The notes below the pieces were generated by a model. It had not been told where the DNA came from. It was given only the letters and a program-made list of their open reading frames with translations, and did no database searches. Of a stretch of 64,000 nucleotides of DNA, positions 19,391 to 29,326 are shown piece after piece. Origin of the DNA: an uncultured Chloroflexia bacterium (GTDB lineage Bacteria > Chloroflexota > Limnocylindria > Limnocylindrales > CSP1-4); contig CAWHDR010000001.1 of assembly GCA_963828165.1 (NCBI GenBank), positions 1,440,001 through 1,504,000 of the forward strand, given 5' to 3'. Each line of letters begins with the position of its first letter. Within the stretch, counting starts at the first letter, position 1. Both the position numbers and the translations under genes were made by a program.

Positions 19391-20215
19391 TCAGCCGTCC
19401 GAGCGTCGGCCTGAGGCGTACACGATCGGCACCCGGAAGGTCAGCTCGTCAGGCTGCAGCGCCATCAGGCGCTCGCGGAACTGTTGCAGGAACTTCCGGC
19501 GCTCCGTACGGCCCATCTCTGCGAAGAGGCTCTCTTCGTCGAACTCGGTCAGGAACGAGATGTAGCGGTCAACCGTGAAGGCGTACTCCAGCATGTCCCC
19601 GTGAGCGACCACGTCCCGGAAGCCGGCGCTACGTAGCTCCCCGGCGGCGCGCTCGACAGAGGGGATGTCGCCATGGCGATTGGGATCCTCGTCGTTCTCG
19701 AACCCATACTCCTCGAGCAGTCGATCGAAGATGCGATCGGGCGCGAACGCCCGGTCGTCGGCGATCCAGGTGACGTGGGCGAACAGGCCACCGGGCCGCA
19801 GGACCCGCCGGATGTCGCGGAGCGCCGCGGGCCGGCTCGGCACGAGCTGCAGCACGAACGACGACATCGCGGCATCGAAGGTCCCCTCGTCGAACGGGAG
19901 TTCCGCGGCGAAGGCCACGCGACCCTCGAAACGATCCCGTGCGGTCGGCACCCGCTCGTCGACCAGCGCTTCGACCGCACGGACCATCTCGCGCGAGGCG
20001 TCGATAGCGGTGACACGGACCTCCGGCCAGCGGTGCAGGGCGGCGATCGACAGATTGCCGGTACCGACGCCCACGTCCAGCACCGTGCGCGCGCCCTCGG
20101 CCACGGCGCCGTCGAGGCGATCGAGGAGGGCGACGGCACTGCGCGCCAGCACCGGCGCCCACCAGCGGTCGTAGCCGGCGGCGATCCGGTCGTATCGTTC
20201 AGCCGTCTCCGTCAC
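19391..20215 (-). CDS. Class I SAM-dependent methyltransferase
   Basis: VLDVGVGTG, LPFDEGTFD, RVLRPGG. Confidence 0.9.
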   Translation of the reverse strand: MTETAERYDRIAAGYDRWWAPVLARSAVALLDRLDGAVAEGARTVLDVGVGTGNLSIAALHRWPEVRVTAIDASREMVRAVEALVDERVPTARDRFEGRVAFAAELPFDEGTFDAAMSSFVLQLVPSRPAALRDIRRVLRPGGLFAHVTWIADDRAFAPDRIFDRLLEEYGFENDEDPNRHGDIPSVERAAGELRSAGFRDVVAHGDMLEYAFTVDRYISFLTEFDEESLFAEMGRTERRKFLQQFRERLMALQPDELTFRVPIVYASGRRSDG

Positions 20216-20246
20216 CCGCCCATGGTGCCACGCGCGGGTGACCGGA

Positions 20247-21209
20247 TCATCCCGGCAGCGGTGCGTCGCCGGTGCGCCGGCGGCCGATGAGCCCCAGCCG
20301 TCGTCCGGCCCACACGACGATCGCGATGATCGCGCCGAGCACGAGCAGCAGCGGCAGCCACACGATCGCGAACCAGATCCCGGCCGTCGTCAGCGCCTGC
20401 AGGACGTTCACCAGGCTGGCGGTCGCCTCGTCGACGACCGTGCGCGGCTGCCAGTCCTTGGCCGCGACGTCGACCGCGATGACCGGGACGCTGAAGGTCG
20501 CCGTCAGGGTCGCGAACCCGGCGCGGTCTTCGAGGTCCGCGAGGGCGGCGCTGAGTTGTTCGATCTGGCCGCGGACGTTGGTGAGCTGGTTCTGGACTTC
20601 CAGCACGTCGGTGATCCGCGTCGCCGTGCTCGCGATCTCCTGGAGCGCTGTCTCGCTGGCGCGCAGGTTGCGGATCCGGGCCTCGAGGTCGATGACCTGG
20701 CCCGTCACCTCGACCGCCTGGGTCTGTTCGCCGACGACCTTCGAGGTCAACCCGTTGAGGCCGCGCAGCAGGTCGAGCGCGTCTTCCCAGCGGTCCGCAG
20801 GGATCCGATAGGTGATCGTGGCGTACGGCTGGTCTTCGACGTTCTCCGTCTGGGACGCGCCCACGTACCCGCCCATCGCGCGGATCCCGTTGCGGGCCGC
20901 GACCAAGGCCGCGGGGACATCCGTGACCTCGAGCTGGATGGTCCCGGTCCGGATGATCTTCGCGTCGTCGACGGCCGCTCCGACGCCGTCCTCCGTGATG
21001 GGTGGGGCCGGCGCCGCGGTGGCAGCGGGATCGCCCCCGCCCTGGCCGGAGAGCCGTCCTGGCTCGACCAGAGCGTTTCCGTTGTCGCCGACGCCGCCCC
21101 CGACGGGACTGAGGTTCGGGGCCGAGGCACTTCCGCCACAGGCGGCCAGGAAGACTCCGATGGCAGCGATCAGCGCGACCCGCGCGATCGATGGACGGAC
21201 GGTGCGCAT
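20247..21209 (-). CDS. DUF4349-type lipoprotein
   Basis: Lipobox LAAC, KIIRTGTIQLEV, coiled coil, C-terminal TM. Confidence 0.85.
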   Translation of the reverse strand: MRTVRPSIARVALIAAIGVFLAACGGSASAPNLSPVGGGVGDNGNALVEPGRLSGQGGGDPAATAAPAPPITEDGVGAAVDDAKIIRTGTIQLEVTDVPAALVAARNGIRAMGGYVGASQTENVEDQPYATITYRIPADRWEDALDLLRGLNGLTSKVVGEQTQAVEVTGQVIDLEARIRNLRASETALQEIASTATRITDVLEVQNQLTNVRGQIEQLSAALADLEDRAGFATLTATFSVPVIAVDVAAKDWQPRTVVDEATASLVNVLQALTTAGIWFAIVWLPLLLVLGAIIAIVVWAGRRLGLIGRRRTGDAPLPG

Positions 21210-21363
21210 GTTGATGGACCTCCGTGGTGCCCACGATCCGATGGATCGCGCGGCATCCGCCCCGACGCGCCCGACGGGGCCACGGTTCCGGTGGGAGGCG
21301 CCGACGCCACACGCGCACGGTCGGAGCCGTCCCAGCCCCGACCGCGCACCCCGAGGAGAACCC

Positions 21364-22860
21364 ATGGATCGTTCACTGGCCCGCCGCATCCTGCTCGCCG
21401 CATTTGCGATCGGCGTCCTCGCCGACATCGCCTTGGACGGACCGGCCATCGGCCTCAATCTGGCCGTCCTCACGGCGGCCATGCTGGCCACGGCCTGGCT
21501 CCTGCGTCGTCCCGGGCGCGCGCCGGACCCACTCGATGCGTGGCTCCCCGTTTCGGCGCTGGTCCTCGCCGCGCTCGTCGCGGTGCGCGCGGATCCGTTC
21601 GTGACGTTCCTCGACCTCGCAGGTGCGGCGGTGTTCACGGGCGCCTCGGCGGCGGCGTTCTCAGGGCTGGCCGTGACGCGGCGATCCGCGACGGCCGTCA
21701 TGGCCGCGGGAGCGTGGGTCCTCGAAGCGGTGCTCGCCGGAACGGGCCGTGCACTTCGCGCCGCGCGACCGGCGCCGACGGACGGTCCCAGGCACGCTCC
21801 GGCGTGGTTCGGGCCCGTGGGACGAGGGCTCGTCCTGGCGATCCCGCTCGTCATGATCTTCGCGGTCCTGTTCGCCTCAGCGGATCCGATCTTCAACCGC
21901 GGTTTCCAGGACCTGACGCACTTCAGCATCGATCTTGGCGACCTCCCGGGTCGGGTCATCTTCTTGCTGGCGATCGCCTGGCTTGCTGGTGGCCTGCTGA
22001 CGGTCGCGGCCAACGGGATCCCGGCCCTGGAACGCGCGTCGCTTGGTGCCGCGACGCGTTCCGCGTCCGTGATCCCGGAGCGGTTGCTCGGCACGACCGA
22101 AGCGCTGGTCGTCCTCGTCGCGATCGACCTCATCGTGGGTCTCTTCGTCGGCCTGCAGCTCGCCTATCTGTTCGGCGGGCTCGACACGCTCGCCGCGGCC
22201 GGCATGAAATACAGCGACTACGCGCGACGCGGGTACTTCGAGCTCGTCGCAGCCGCAGCGCTGGCGGGCGGCATCCTGGTGGCCCTGGAATACGGGGTTA
22301 CCCGCCGAAGCCGCCCCTACGTCGCCCTGGCGATCGGGCTGGTCGGCCTGACGATCGTGGTCCTCGCCTCGGCAGCGCTTCGGCTCCAGCTCTACCAGGA
22401 GGCCTACGGCTGGACCGAGCTGCGCCTGTACGTCGCGGTGTCGATCACGGCGATGGCGGTCACGCTGGCCGCCCTTTCGGCCTTCCTCGCCACCGATCGG
22501 ACGCGCTGGCTCGGGCACGCGATGGTGGCGATCGGGCTCGTCTCGCTCATCGTCCTCAACCTGCTCGCGCCGGCGGCGTTCGTCGCGGAGCGCAATCTCG
22601 CCCGGGTCATCGATCCGACCCTGGTGCCGCCCGACGGCGAGGCATCCCTCGACGCCGACTACCTCGGGGTCCTGCCCGACGATGCCATCCCGGCCCTGGT
22701 GGCCGCGTTGCCGAGCCTGCCAGCGCAGGAACGCGCGCGGGTCCTGCGGCTCCTGTATGAGCGCCGTTTCGAACTGTCCAAGGACGCCGCCTACGCGTCG
22801 CCGTTCGCCTGGAACCTCGGCCGCGAGCGGGCCAAGGCTGCGCTCGCGACACTACCGTGA
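21364..22860 (+). CDS. DUF4153/DUF4173-type membrane protein
   Basis: LFASADPIF, YSDYARRGYFEL, YQEAYGWTELRLY; AGGAG RBS. Confidence 0.85.
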   Translation: MDRSLARRILLAAFAIGVLADIALDGPAIGLNLAVLTAAMLATAWLLRRPGRAPDPLDAWLPVSALVLAALVAVRADPFVTFLDLAGAAVFTGASAAAFSGLAVTRRSATAVMAAGAWVLEAVLAGTGRALRAARPAPTDGPRHAPAWFGPVGRGLVLAIPLVMIFAVLFASADPIFNRGFQDLTHFSIDLGDLPGRVIFLLAIAWLAGGLLTVAANGIPALERASLGAATRSASVIPERLLGTTEALVVLVAIDLIVGLFVGLQLAYLFGGLDTLAAAGMKYSDYARRGYFELVAAAALAGGILVALEYGVTRRSRPYVALAIGLVGLTIVVLASAALRLQLYQEAYGWTELRLYVAVSITAMAVTLAALSAFLATDRTRWLGHAMVAIGLVSLIVLNLLAPAAFVAERNLARVIDPTLVPPDGEASLDADYLGVLPDDAIPALVAALPSLPAQERARVLRLLYERRFELSKDAAYASPFAWNLGRERAKAALATLP

Positions 22861-22882
22861 GCGGCTGACCTACACTCCGGCG

Positions 22883-23980
22883 ATGGCCCTCCAGCTGCCG
22901 ATCGAGCCGCCCCTCGAACCGATGCTCGCGAAGGCGACCGACTCGCTGCCCGACGGAGACGGCTGGCTGTTCGAGCCCAAGTGGGACGGCTTTCGTGCCC
23001 TCGTCTTTCGTGACGGCGACGAGGTCTACACGCAGTCGCGCGACCTCAAACCCCTCGACCGGTACTTCCCGGAGCTCGCGGACCCGCTGCGCGCGGCCCT
23101 GCCCGAACGTTGCGTGCTCGATGGCGAGGTCGTCATCGCGACCGACGGCGGGCTCGATTTCGAGGCGCTCCTGCTGCGCATCCATCCCGCTGCATCCCGC
23201 GTGAAGATGCTCGCCGCGGAGTCGCCGGCGTCGTTCGTGGCCTGGGACCTGCTGGCGCTCGGCGACGAGGATCTGCGCGAGACGCCGCAGGGTGAGCGTC
23301 GCGCCCGGCTCGAAGCGGTGCTCGGTGGCGTCGAGCCGCCCGTGCACCTGACGCCGGCGACCCAGGATCGCGCGACCGCGGCCGACTGGTTCGACCGCTT
23401 CGAGGGTGCTGGGCTGGACGGCGTGGTCGCGAAGCGGCTCGATGCCCCCTACCAGCCTGGCAAGCGAGCGATGCTCAAGATCAAGCACCAGCGCACGGCT
23501 GATTGCGTCGTCGCGGGGTTCCGCTGGCACAAGAACGGTCCGGGCACGCATGTCGGATCACTGTTGCTGGGCCTGTTCGACGACGAAGGCGTGCTCCATC
23601 ACGTGGGCGTCACCTCGTCATTCACCTGGGACAAGCGGGCGGCACTCGCCGAGGAGCTCGCGTCGTTGCGCGAGCGAGCCCTCGAGGGACATCCGTGGCG
23701 TGAGTGGGCCGAATGGGCTACGACCGGCGACACCGATGCATCCGGCCAGCGCCTGCCCGGGGCCACATCAAGGTGGAACCGTGGCAAGGACCTGTCATGG
23801 GAGCCGCTCCGGGCGGAACGCGTCGCCGAGGTCGCGTACGACCACCTCCAGGGAACCCGGTTCCGCCACGGGACGACGTTCAAGCGCTGGCGACCGGACA
23901 AGCCCCCGGCGGCGTGCCGTTACGACCAGCTGGAGACCACGACGCCGTACCTGCTCGAGGCGATCTTCGGCGATCGCTGA
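22883..23980 (+). CDS. ligC: ATP-dependent DNA ligase, LigC type
   Basis: PMLAK, EPKWDGFR (catalytic Lys), LDGEVV, KIKHQRTADCVV, WRPDK. Confidence 0.9.
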   Translation: MALQLPIEPPLEPMLAKATDSLPDGDGWLFEPKWDGFRALVFRDGDEVYTQSRDLKPLDRYFPELADPLRAALPERCVLDGEVVIATDGGLDFEALLLRIHPAASRVKMLAAESPASFVAWDLLALGDEDLRETPQGERRARLEAVLGGVEPPVHLTPATQDRATAADWFDRFEGAGLDGVVAKRLDAPYQPGKRAMLKIKHQRTADCVVAGFRWHKNGPGTHVGSLLLGLFDDEGVLHHVGVTSSFTWDKRAALAEELASLRERALEGHPWREWAEWATTGDTDASGQRLPGATSRWNRGKDLSWEPLRAERVAEVAYDHLQGTRFRHGTTFKRWRPDKPPAACRYDQLETTTPYLLEAIFGDR

Positions 23981-24115
23981 GCCGGGTGGTGCGTGGCCGC
24001 ACACCCAACCGTCCCGGTTTGGGCCTCCGATCGCCCGGACCTTCGGTGCATTGGGAAACCGGCAATGGTTCCGTAGAGTCGGGTATCGGGACATCTGCCG
24101 TCAACGGAGGCCAGC

Positions 24116-25954
24116 GTGTTCGGCACGCATCCCAGGTTGTCGAGACCGACGCTGCTCATCCTCGTCTTCGGCGCGTTCATCGCACTGGTCGGAATCACGG
24201 CCGCGGCGCAGGCCTACATGGTCGGGGCGCACTTCTCGGCCGCGACCCTCAACGACGTGGTCAGCAGCGATGCGGCCACGACGCGGGCCTTCGTCAACGC
24301 CTACGTCCAACCGGCGGATCTCGCGAAGGACACCGCGATCCCCGACCCCGGCACGGCTCCCACCAAGCTCGAAGGACAGCTCGCGACCCTGACGCGCCCG
24401 CACGAGATCCTGCGGGTCGAGCTCCGTCGGACGGACGGCACGATCGTGGCGGCGAACGACCCGTCGATCCGCGGCACGATCGTCCCGGTCGATGGTGAAT
24501 TCGCGCTGGCCGCAGGCGGAACTCCCAGGGCGGAGATCCTCCCGGCCGAAACGGCTGGGGCCGGGCCCGGTGGACTCGGCACGCCGATCCTCCTGCGCGA
24601 GTACCTGCCGATCAGCGTCGAGGGCGAGGTGCTGGGCGTCGTCGCGATCTGGCGCGATGCGGTCCCGGTCCTCGATCGCCTCGCGCTCGTTCGTCGAGAC
24701 GTCGTGCTCGTCACGCTGTCTGCCGCGCTGATCGCTGCGGCGCTCCTCTTCCTGATCTTCCGCGCCGCCCAACGGCGCCTGACGCGACAGACCGCAGAGC
24801 TGATGGAGTCGACCAGGCGCGATCCCCTCACGGGGACGCTCAACCACGGCGCGGTGGTCGGTCACCTCGCGATGGAGACCGAGGCGGCACGCGCGGCGGG
24901 TGTGCCCGTGACGGTCGCGCTCATCGACATCGACAACTTCCGATTGCTCAACGAGAACCACGGACATCCGGCAGGGGATCAGGCCCTGCTGGCCGTCGCC
25001 GGGCTGCTTCTGGGCGAGGTGGTCGAGCCCATGGTCCTGGGCCGCTCCGGCCCGGACGAGTTCCTGATCATCGCGCCGCCAGCCGTCGCGTTCGAGCTGG
25101 AGCCACTCGTGACCCGTCTCCAGACTGGCCTCGTCGACCTCAGCCTGCAGTTCGAGACGACCGAGCGGCTGCCGATCACGGTCAGCGTCGGGATCGCGAC
25201 CTACCCTGAGCATGCCGCCTCCGCGACCGCCCTCCTGTCGACGGCGACGATGGTTCTCGAGGAGGCCAAGGCCAGCGGCGGTGACACGGTGCGCCTGGCG
25301 AGCAGTGCCTCGATGGAGGAGTCGTCTGCCGCCTCGACGTTCAACGTGCTCGAGGGCCTGATCCTCGCGGTCGACACGAAGGACCGCTACACGAAGCGCC
25401 ACTCCGAGGATGTGGCGCGCTACGCGATGTTCCTCGCCGCGCGCCTGGGGCTCGACGCCGACGAGATGCGGGTCATCCAGACGGCGGGTCTGCTCCACGA
25501 CGTCGGCAAGATCGGAATCCCGGATCAGATCCTGCGCAAGCCCGGCAAGCTCACCGAGGTGGAGTTCGACATCGTCAAGCAGCACGTGGCGCTCGGCGAC
25601 ATGATCGTGCGCGACCTCCCGGACCTCGACCAGGTCCGCGCCGGCATCCGCCACCACCACGAGCGGTGGGACGGCGACGGCTACCTCGAACGACTCGCGG
25701 GCGAGGACATCCCGCAGATCGCGCGCATCCTGGCCGTCGCCGACACCTTCTCGGCCATGACGACGACCCGGCCTTATCGAAAGGCGCTCGACGTGCGTGA
25801 GGCCCTGACCCGACTGGGCGATGCAGCCGGGTCCCAGCTCGAGGAGCGACTCGTCGTCGCGTTCGTGGAGGGCATGGAGACCGCGGCCGACGCCCCGATC
25901 CCGGGCACCGAGGCCCCGGGCACGCTCTGGACCCCGGGGCGGCTCGTCGCGTGA
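24116..25954 (+). CDS. Membrane GGDEF-like + HD-GYP c-di-GMP enzyme
   Basis: 2 TM flanking an extracellular domain; DPLTG, DIDNF, GPDEF; HDVGKIG, HHERWDGDGY. Confidence 0.9.
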   Translation: MFGTHPRLSRPTLLILVFGAFIALVGITAAAQAYMVGAHFSAATLNDVVSSDAATTRAFVNAYVQPADLAKDTAIPDPGTAPTKLEGQLATLTRPHEILRVELRRTDGTIVAANDPSIRGTIVPVDGEFALAAGGTPRAEILPAETAGAGPGGLGTPILLREYLPISVEGEVLGVVAIWRDAVPVLDRLALVRRDVVLVTLSAALIAAALLFLIFRAAQRRLTRQTAELMESTRRDPLTGTLNHGAVVGHLAMETEAARAAGVPVTVALIDIDNFRLLNENHGHPAGDQALLAVAGLLLGEVVEPMVLGRSGPDEFLIIAPPAVAFELEPLVTRLQTGLVDLSLQFETTERLPITVSVGIATYPEHAASATALLSTATMVLEEAKASGGDTVRLASSASMEESSAASTFNVLEGLILAVDTKDRYTKRHSEDVARYAMFLAARLGLDADEMRVIQTAGLLHDVGKIGIPDQILRKPGKLTEVEFDIVKQHVALGDMIVRDLPDLDQVRAGIRHHHERWDGDGYLERLAGEDIPQIARILAVADTFSAMTTTRPYRKALDVREALTRLGDAAGSQLEERLVVAFVEGMETAADAPIPGTEAPGTLWTPGRLVA

Positions 25955-27294
25955 TGAGGCTGCAGCGGCTGATCGCGCTGCTTGCGGTCATGCTGATCGT
26001 GGCGGCTTTGACGGCGCCCGTCGCCACGGCCGCACTGCTGGTGACGGCCCGCGATGATGCCTACACGGCCGTCCACTCTCGGCCGTTGGTCGTGAGCGCC
26101 GCCAACGGCGTCCTCGACAACGACTCCGGGGTCGGCATCACCGCAGCGCGCCTCACGAATCCCGCACACGGGACCGTGACCGTCAACAGCAACGGCGGCT
26201 TCACCTACCGGCCTGATGCGGGCTACGTCGGCGCCGATTCGTTCACGTACGAAGCTCGCGTGCTGAGCCTGGGCATCCTCCTCACGGATGCAGCCGTCGT
26301 CAGGTTGACGGTCACGAACGCCGCACCGTCCGCGGCCAACAACTCGTACAACGCCACGACCGGCGTCCAGCTCTCGGTCCCGGCCTCGGGTGTCCTGGGC
26401 AACGACTCGGACCCCGACGGGGACAGCCTGACCGCCACGCTCGTCGATGGCGGGGGCAATGGATCCCTGGATCTCAACGCGAACGGCAGCTTCACGTTCA
26501 AGTCGGGTGGGTCGTTCACCGGGAGCCGGACCTTCACGTATCGGGCCTCCGACGGGATCGCGAATTCGAACACCGCCACGGTCACGATCAACGTATCCGC
26601 GCCTGCACCGACCCCGGCTCCAACGCCGACGCCCGCACCGACCCCGACGCCGACCGCGGCGCCCACGGCGGCCCCGACCGCGTCGCCCACCGCGACGCCG
26701 CGGCCGACGCCGACCCCGACGCCTCGGCCGACGGCCACGCCGATCATCCCGCTCCCGACCCTGCCGCCGCTATTCCCGACACCGACGCCCCGGGTGACGC
26801 CGGCACCGACCCCACGAGCCACCGTGACCCCGGGCGCCACCCCCACGGCGACACCGACGCCCAGCGCCGGGGCGACGGCGAGTCCGACACCCACGCCGTC
26901 GCCGACCGCCGGCGTGGCGACGACGGCGCCCCCGGGATCGGGAGCGAGCCCCACACCCTCGCCCGCCGGCGCTGCCACCGATGCGCCCGGCACAGGCGCG
27001 GGCACCGTCGGCGGTAACGGTGACGGTGATGGCGGTACCGGCCTCGGCGCGGCACCTGGCGACCGCTTCCTGCTTCCGACGTTCGACCAACCGGGGATCG
27101 ACGCGATCATCGACGGCTCGTTCAGTGGCTTCGGCAATATCGAATGGGCCGTCCCGGCATTCGCCCTGGGCATGCCCGGACTGCTCCTGATGGTCGCAGT
27201 CGGGCTCCAGGCGATCGTCGGGGTCGCGTGGCTACCCTTCGTCCGGCGCTGGCTGGGCGGCTTCGGGGTACGCCGGCGCCAGCAGTCCGCGTAG
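25951..27294 (+). CDS. Surface protein: two Ig-like/cadherin-type repeats, Pro-Thr stalk, C-terminal TM anchor
   Basis: Signal peptide; GVLDND/GVLGNDSDPDGD and DSFTY/TFTY repeats; PT-rich linker; TM plus basic tail. Confidence 0.85.
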   Translation: MMRLQRLIALLAVMLIVAALTAPVATAALLVTARDDAYTAVHSRPLVVSAANGVLDNDSGVGITAARLTNPAHGTVTVNSNGGFTYRPDAGYVGADSFTYEARVLSLGILLTDAAVVRLTVTNAAPSAANNSYNATTGVQLSVPASGVLGNDSDPDGDSLTATLVDGGGNGSLDLNANGSFTFKSGGSFTGSRTFTYRASDGIANSNTATVTINVSAPAPTPAPTPTPAPTPTPTAAPTAAPTASPTATPRPTPTPTPRPTATPIIPLPTLPPLFPTPTPRVTPAPTPRATVTPGATPTATPTPSAGATASPTPTPSPTAGVATTAPPGSGASPTPSPAGAATDAPGTGAGTVGGNGDGDGGTGLGAAPGDRFLLPTFDQPGIDAIIDGSFSGFGNIEWAVPAFALGMPGLLLMVAVGLQAIVGVAWLPFVRRWLGGFGVRRRQQSA

Positions 27295-27316
27295 CGCCGA
27301 ACGCCGGCGCGCTTCG

Positions 27317-28783
27317 TCAGCTCGCGGGTTTCTTCTTGCGCGGCGCACGTTCCAGCTGTCCGGCCCGGTCGGGCCATTCGAAACCCGCCCAGGGGTCGTA
27401 ATCCGGATCGAGCGCCTCCTGGGCGGGTCGGTCGTCATCAGCGACGTGGGTGAGGTTGACCCGGACGCGGTACCACAGCGACGAGCGGCCGCGCATGCCA
27501 TCGACCAGTATGTCGGCGGGCTCGAGGGCGTCCGCAGCCTTCGGATGACGCGCTTTCCAGCGCTCCAGCCCTTCGAGCGCCTCCGCCTTGGACGCAGCAC
27601 GCGAGATCTCGATGACCGGGATGTTGGTCTTCCGCCGGCCCGTCGGCGTCGGGCGTGTGCCTTCCCACTCGGTCGGCAGGCCGGCGTTCGGGTCGCCGGC
27701 CGCAACGGCAGCCGCCCGTGCCGCAGCAACCTCCGGCGGGGGACCGCCGGACTCGCCCCGACCCTTCTCGTACTCCGAGTCCGGCCGGCGCTTCCGTGAC
27801 GGCTGGACCCGTGGTGGCTCACCGGCCTGCTTCGCGTAGTTCGGCGGCCACGGGGCGTCACCCTCCCCTTCGGCCTCGTGCTTGCGGGACAGCTCCAGGA
27901 GCGCGGCGAGGGACCCGACCGCATCGTCGATGCCGGCCCCCGGGTCACCGATCTGCGCGAATCGCGCTGGCACGGTCGCGATCGTGAACGCCTCGGCCTC
28001 GACGGTCGGCACCTCGTCCCAGGTCAGTGGCGTCGAGACGCGGGCGTCCGGAAGTGGCCGGACGGAGTACGCCGACGCCACGGTGCGGTCCTTGGCGTTC
28101 TGGTTGTAGTCCAGGAACACCCCGTGGCGTTCCTCTTTCCACCACTTCGAGGTCGCGGCATCGGGCACGCGACGCTCCACGTCCCGTGCGAGCGCCAGGG
28201 CGGCGCGCCGGACCTCCGGGTAGGTCCATTCGCGGGCGATCCGGACGTTGATGTGGATCCCGCGGGAACCGGAGGTCTTGGGCCAGCCGACGAGCCCCAC
28301 GGCTTCCAGCGCCTCGCGGCACGCCAGGGCGACCTCGCGGATCTGCGGCCACTCGACCCCCGGGACGGGGTCCAGGTCGACCCGTAGCTCGTCGGGATGG
28401 TCAAGGTCGTCGGCGCGGACGGGATGCGGGTTCAGGTCGATGCAGCCCAGGTTGACGATCCAGGCCAGCGCGGCGGCTTCGTCGACCACGATCTCATCGG
28501 CGGTTCGGCCCGAGGGGAAGGTCAGCTCGGCGGTGCGGATCCAGTCCGGGGTGTTGTCCGGAGCTCGTTTCTGAAAGAACGGTTCCTTCGTGATGCCGTC
28601 CACGAAGCGCTTCAGCGCCATCGGCCGGCCGCGAATGCCCATCAGCGCCCCGTCCGCGACCGCAAGGTAGTAGTGGACGAGGTCGAGCTTCGTGTATCCG
28701 GCGTCCGGGAAGTACACCTTTTGCGGGTTGGAGATCGAGACCTCGCGCCCATCGACCTCGAGGATCTCCTTCGGCGTCGCCAT
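27317..28783 (-). CDS. Stand-alone LigD-type primase-polymerase (Prim-PolC-like) with C-terminal extension
   Basis: TKLDLVHYY, FFQKRAP, LRVDLDP, KTSGSRGIH, DYNQNAKDRT, YSVRP. Confidence 0.9.
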   Translation of the reverse strand: MATPKEILEVDGREVSISNPQKVYFPDAGYTKLDLVHYYLAVADGALMGIRGRPMALKRFVDGITKEPFFQKRAPDNTPDWIRTAELTFPSGRTADEIVVDEAAALAWIVNLGCIDLNPHPVRADDLDHPDELRVDLDPVPGVEWPQIREVALACREALEAVGLVGWPKTSGSRGIHINVRIAREWTYPEVRRAALALARDVERRVPDAATSKWWKEERHGVFLDYNQNAKDRTVASAYSVRPLPDARVSTPLTWDEVPTVEAEAFTIATVPARFAQIGDPGAGIDDAVGSLAALLELSRKHEAEGEGDAPWPPNYAKQAGEPPRVQPSRKRRPDSEYEKGRGESGGPPPEVAAARAAAVAAGDPNAGLPTEWEGTRPTPTGRRKTNIPVIEISRAASKAEALEGLERWKARHPKAADALEPADILVDGMRGRSSLWYRVRVNLTHVADDDRPAQEALDPDYDPWAGFEWPDRAGQLERAPRKKKPAS

Positions 28784-28857
28784 GCCCGAAAGCGTACGCC
28801 GCGACCGCCAGACGCGGTGCGAGGTGACGGCGCGGGGTAGATTGGGCGAACGACGCC

Positions 28858-28885
28858 GTCGATTTCGACCGCGGCCGTTCGTCGT
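28858..28885 (+). promoter_or_regulatory. Putative ECF42-type promoter of the yciI-sigma operon
   Basis: GTCGATTTCG-N7-CCGTTCGTCGT; the same arms recur at 57748-57775 (minus). Confidence 0.7.
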
Positions 28886-28936
28886 GCTGGTGAAGGCGGC
28901 GCTATGACGCCGCCAGAGCCAGCGCTGGAGGACACG

Positions 28937-29326
28937 ATGCAGTACGCCCTGTTGATCTATACCGAGGAACCAGCCGAAGCTCCACCGGACGATGAGGCCA
29001 TGGCCCAGATGGAGGCCTACAACGCGTTCGGTCAACACATCACCGATCGCGGCGCAATGAAGGGCGGGGAAGCGCTCGCACCAACGGCGACGGCGACGAC
29101 CGTCCGCGTCCGCGACGGCAAGACGATCTCCACGGACGGCCCGTTCGCCGAGACCAAGGAGGTCCTCGGCGGGTTCTACCTCGTGGAAGCGGCCGATCTC
29201 GACGAAGCGATCGGCTACGCCGCGATGATCCCGGGCGCGAAGTACGGCTCGGTGGAGGTGCGTCCGGTCTGGGACTTCACCAACGCACCGTCGGGGGCCC
29301 TTGCCGAAGCGGTCGTCGCCGACTGA
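28937..29326 (+). CDS. YciI/DGPF-family protein
   Basis: TDGPFAETKEVLGGFYLVEA, SVEVRPV; GGAGG RBS. Confidence 0.93.
   Translation: MQYALLIYTEEPAEAPPDDEAMAQMEAYNAFGQHITDRGAMKGGEALAPTATATTVRVRDGKTISTDGPFAETKEVLGGFYLVEAADLDEAIGYAAMIPGAKYGSVEVRPVWDFTNAPSGALAEAVVAD

Noticed and set aside
23981-24115. c-di-GMP riboswitch upstream of the GGDEF/HD-GYP gene
   Set aside because: Hairpins are present, but I could not match the class I or class II consensus; an Infernal/Rfam search is needed.
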